DNA of 44,102 nucleotides, taken from the IMG/VR virus record IMGVR_UViG_3300023096_000003, one strand, 5' to 3'. This stretch comes from a virus. Shown piece by piece: positions 41,563 through 44,102 of the stretch (positions within the stretch are counted from its first letter, which is position 1; each line of letters opens with the position of its first letter). Below the pieces are notes generated by a model. That model was not told the DNA's origin and ran no database searches. It saw nothing but the letters and a program-made list of their open reading frames with translations. A program made the translations under genes and the position numbers.

Positions 41563-41964
41563 TTAGGCGGCGGTTTTCCGCTTGGGTTTCAGTGCTTGTT
41601 TCTTCGCCTTGACTTCCGCAGCCAGGATAGAAATTTTAGCCAGTAGATCCGAATTAGCATCGTCTCCGAGCCTCCCATCCATTTCGAGTTCGTGCTTCAA
41701 GTTCATGATTTGCTTTTCGCACATGTCGTAGTAGGCAGACTTGATGCGACGGAGCATTCCGCCCTCAACGGTCTTTGCACGACCGATGCGGATATGGTTC
41801 AGGGTCCAGAACGGCAGCCCGTATTTGCTCTCGATGCGCTCAAGAGCTGGGAGTGTATCCCCCCATCCTGTTGTCTCTTTGGCTACCATCTTCAAGATGA
41901 AGCCTTGGGCCTCGATTGCGGCGCTCATTTCTTGCTCCGTATGCTTTGTTTCTTTGCACGTCAT
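41563..41964 (-). CDS. Hypothetical protein
   Basis: 133 aa. Confidence 0.5.
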   Translation of the reverse strand: MTCKETKHTEQEMSAAIEAQGFILKMVAKETTGWGDTLPALERIESKYGLPFWTLNHIRIGRAKTVEGGMLRRIKSAYYDMCEKQIMNLKHELEMDGRLGDDANSDLLAKISILAAEVKAKKQALKPKRKTAA

Positions 41965-42010
41965 GCATTCTCTCCTGGTGCATCTTGTTCGTGTTCAAGG
42001 AGAACAAACG

Positions 42011-42232
42011 ATGCAAACAGGGACTTCAAATTTCATAGAGAGCGACGAGTTAGACACGCCAATGTCGAATGTCGTCGCTCTCTTTAGGTCCGCCGCTGCG
42101 GAACCAGTTTCGATAGGCCAGGAGTTCGCCTGGATACTCGATGAACTCGCTGTAAGAATGCGCGGGAACTTCGACTACCCAAGAGTGGTTGTCAGCTCGA
42201 AGTCTGCACATCCTTCCACGTCTCAAAATTGA
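42011..42232 (+). CDS. Reverse-oriented 73-aa ORF (uncertain)
   Basis: ATG at 42011 with AAGGAG about 8 nt upstream. It contains a 12-bp perfect hairpin, and its 3' end overlaps the HNH gene by 41 nt. Confidence 0.3.
   Translation: MQTGTSNFIESDELDTPMSNVVALFRSAAAEPVSIGQEFAWILDELAVRMRGNFDYPRVVVSSKSAHPSTSQN
42037..42083. repeat. Perfect 12-bp inverted repeat (AGAGAGCGACGA / TCGTCGCTCTCT) with a 23-nt loop
   Basis: Read directly. Followed by TTAGG. Located in the gap downstream of the HNH gene. Confidence 0.85.
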
Positions 42233-42704
42233 GGATGCTCTTGATGGTGGTGCGGTGAACTCGAAATTTATTGGATAGCTGCCTGAAGCCCGTCACGCCT
42301 GGAACGTATTCAGCGCGGATTTGAGAAACCTCTGCCTTCGTTAGTTTTGCTCTAGCAAAAGCGGCTTCTTTAACGGGGTATTCCCGAAGCTCAGACCGAG
42401 GCGGGTGAACTGTCCCGTGGTTTACCGCGTCCAGATAATTATCGAGAAGCGTGCCCCAATAGAGATGCTTTGGGTTTACGCAGCCAAGGTGCCCGTTACC
42501 GCAGGTATGAAGGGCCATCGGCCCATTCATCTTGGTGTCCGCATGGGCCCGGTTGCACATCCACCGATGCGCAGCACGGAAGCCGCCAAAATTGATACAG
42601 CCGTAACCGTGAGTGTCCCGGCTAAACGGAAACTCAAGACAATCGGAGCCAACATGGTCTACATGCTCTTCAAGCCATTTTTTAACTGTGCCGGGTCTAG
42701 TCAT
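42192..42704 (-). mobile_element. Free-standing HNH homing endonuclease gene (HNH_3-type with a C-terminal HTH). Same architecture as 14751..15230.
   Basis: THGYGCINFGGFRAAHRWM...LHTCGNGHLGCVNPKHLYWGTLLDNYLD, then LTKAEVSQIRAEY...FRQLSNKFRVHRTTIKSILNFETW. ATG at 42704 with an AAGGAA SD. Confidence 0.75.
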
Positions 42705-42797
42705 CGGTGTTTCCTTATTGAGAGGTGCTGGGCCGACCGGGAGGACAGCCGGCCCAGACTTTGACGGAGCGAGGGGAGCGCTCAACGCCAAGACAAA

Positions 42798-42998
42798 TTA
42801 CTGATGCCGAGCACCGAATAGGATGCGTTCTTCTTCGGTCTCAGGGATGAGCGCAGTAGTCTGCGTTTCCCGGCATTCCGCGAGATAGCGGCCGAGCTTG
42901 GACACGCCCGTGAGGAAGATCCATGTACCGAAGCCACCGGCGACAATCCAAGCTGCAGCCACAGGGAGAATGCTTGACCAGTCTATGTCTATGAACAT
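42798..42998 (-). CDS. Small membrane protein
   Basis: 66 aa, one or two TM segments (ILPVAAAWIVAGGFGTWIFLTGV), GGAGA SD. Confidence 0.55.
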   Translation of the reverse strand: MFIDIDWSSILPVAAAWIVAGGFGTWIFLTGVSKLGRYLAECRETQTTALIPETEEERILFGARHQ

Positions 42999-43342
42999 GC
43001 TAGTTCTCCGTGGGTTTCGGCGGTTGAAGGTGGTACTGCAGATAAATTGAGCCGATCAGCGACGATTGGATGATTAATGAGGAGCCATTCGGCATGTTCA
43101 AACTCACTGTTATCCATGTGCTGGAACCACGGCCATTCCTCGCCGTATGCATTGTTCAGCTTGGCATATTCACAGGCGGCGGCATGACACTCGGTATGGG
43201 TGTGGGTGCTGTAAGTGTCACCCTCATAAACGCCGAAGCCGTAATGGGCAGGAGATCCGGCATCGATCATCTTGTTGCACTGCTCGCAGACGTACTGCTT
43301 TCGTGTTCTCTTGATGTCTCGGGAGGAGTGGAAGTCGCTCAT
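42989..43342 (-). CDS. Cys/His-rich hypothetical protein
   Basis: 117 aa, CEQC ... HTHTECH..AC pattern. ATGA-coupled. Confidence 0.5.
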   Translation of the reverse strand: MSDFHSSRDIKRTRKQYVCEQCNKMIDAGSPAHYGFGVYEGDTYSTHTHTECHAAACEYAKLNNAYGEEWPWFQHMDNSEFEHAEWLLINHPIVADRLNLSAVPPSTAETHGELACS

Positions 43343-43953
43343 GGTGTCTCCCTTACTGGTGGTGGCGGAGAGGCGAGAGAGGAGCGAAGAAATTGGAGAA
43401 ATCCGTTATGATAAGCGACAACTTCAAAAATTTTCGCTTCGGTTTCGTTCATTTCATCGACGCGAATAGGAAGCATTGGAGTTTTATTCAGATGCCGATC
43501 TACCCACCCGAGGAGGTCTAAACTCTGGTTCTTCTGCGACAGATAATCCGATGCAGTAGCGGCAAAGCGTGGGTCAAGCGGATGAGGCATGAACTCGACC
43601 GGATCGACAGGGCTCTCGCCCTCGATATCCCACCAGTAGGCGCGCTTCCCGTCATCAGACCAAAGGCACTCAAATATGCGACCATCATCGTCACGCGCCC
43701 ATATGGGCAAGGAATTGCCAATTGGCAGTCCGATTGCAGAGCCGATCACCTGATCGATGCTCTTGTCTGCCTCGGAGATCGGCTTCCATGCGAATTGGCG
43801 CAGCGCTTCCTCAGCCTTCTCAGCGCGGGCTATAGCGTTGGAGTAGAGGGTGGAGAGTTGGGTTATGTCGTCAAATTCGTAGCATTTCTGCATGCTTTCG
43901 AGATCGCCGCCGAATTGGGCGTGGGCAGCGAGAACGTCAGGATGGATTTTCAT
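43339..43953 (-). CDS. Hypothetical protein with a DUF551-like central segment
   Basis: ATG at 43953 in an ATGA overlap with the junction-gene stop (MKIHPDVLAAHAQ...). Contains WKPISEADKS...IWARDDDGRIFECLW. Confidence 0.5.
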   Translation of the reverse strand: MKIHPDVLAAHAQFGGDLESMQKCYEFDDITQLSTLYSNAIARAEKAEEALRQFAWKPISEADKSIDQVIGSAIGLPIGNSLPIWARDDDGRIFECLWSDDGKRAYWWDIEGESPVDPVEFMPHPLDPRFAATASDYLSQKNQSLDLLGWVDRHLNKTPMLPIRVDEMNETEAKIFEVVAYHNGFLQFLRSSLASPPPPVRETP

Positions 43954-44102
43954 ACCCGGTTCCACTTCCAATGATTGCGGCCGTACAGCACCCACAGGGC
44001 AGCATTCATCGGCAGGAGGCCGTAAGCGCCCGTTGTCAGTATCCAGAGGAGCCAGAGAGCTTGATTGACCAGACCGTACAGCCAAGCATTGCGGGACTTA
44101 TT
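43950..44102 (-). CDS. 3' part of the junction-spanning 75-aa membrane protein gene (same gene as 1..202)
   Basis: Stop TGA at 43952-43950. Bases 43976-44102 duplicate 1-127. Confidence 0.55.
   Translation of the reverse strand, partial: NKSRNAWLYGLVNQALWLLWILTTGAYGLLPMNAALWVLYGRNHWKWNRV
43976..44102. repeat. Terminal direct repeat, right copy
   Basis: Identical to 1-127. Confidence 0.95.

Overview
The window is one complete, circularly closed genome of a temperate short-tailed phage, about 43,975 bp of unique sequence. Bases 1-127 are repeated exactly at 43976-44102. The host is probably an alphaproteobacterium of the Rhizobiales type; this is inferred only from the protein families present and from an impression of mid-to-high GC.

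Layout:
- Genetic switch at about 2.09-2.18 kb: a divergent small Cro-like gene (minus strand) and an XRE-family HTH gene (plus strand).
- Plus-strand early operon (2.7-13.0 kb): many tightly coupled small genes, then a recombination module (Rad52-like annealase, SSB, NinB-like, Ref/DUF968-like), an excisionase-like gene and a tyrosine integrase. It ends at an attP that carries the 3' end of a tRNA gene.
- Minus-strand early operon: runs from 2.09 kb leftward, across the circular junction, to 37.46 kb. It encodes a DUF1376 replication protein, a DnaA-domain-IV-like protein, a VRR-NUC-like nuclease and many small ORFs.
- Minus-strand late operon (36.9 to 17.1 kb): terS-like, terL, portal, scaffold, major capsid, adaptor/nozzle-like proteins, putative ejection proteins, a collar-domain fibre and a beta-helix tailspike. 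I see no tape measure, sheath or tube gene, which is the basis for calling it short-tailed.
- Lysis cassette (16.0 to 14.06 kb): M15 endolysin, holin and overlapping spanins.

Accessory content:
- Three free-standing HNH homing-endonuclease genes, one of which splits the lysis cassette.
- A reverse-oriented DUF4214 plus SAM-methyltransferase moron next to the tailspike.
- An attP-proximal membrane coiled-coil moron.
- A GNAT-like gene inside the virion module.
- Reverse-oriented small ORFs in the capsid and early modules.
- Two families of repeated leader sequences.
- A three-copy operator-like motif.

All functional calls come from reading the translations and motifs by eye. No database or HMM searches were run, so family assignments are provisional.
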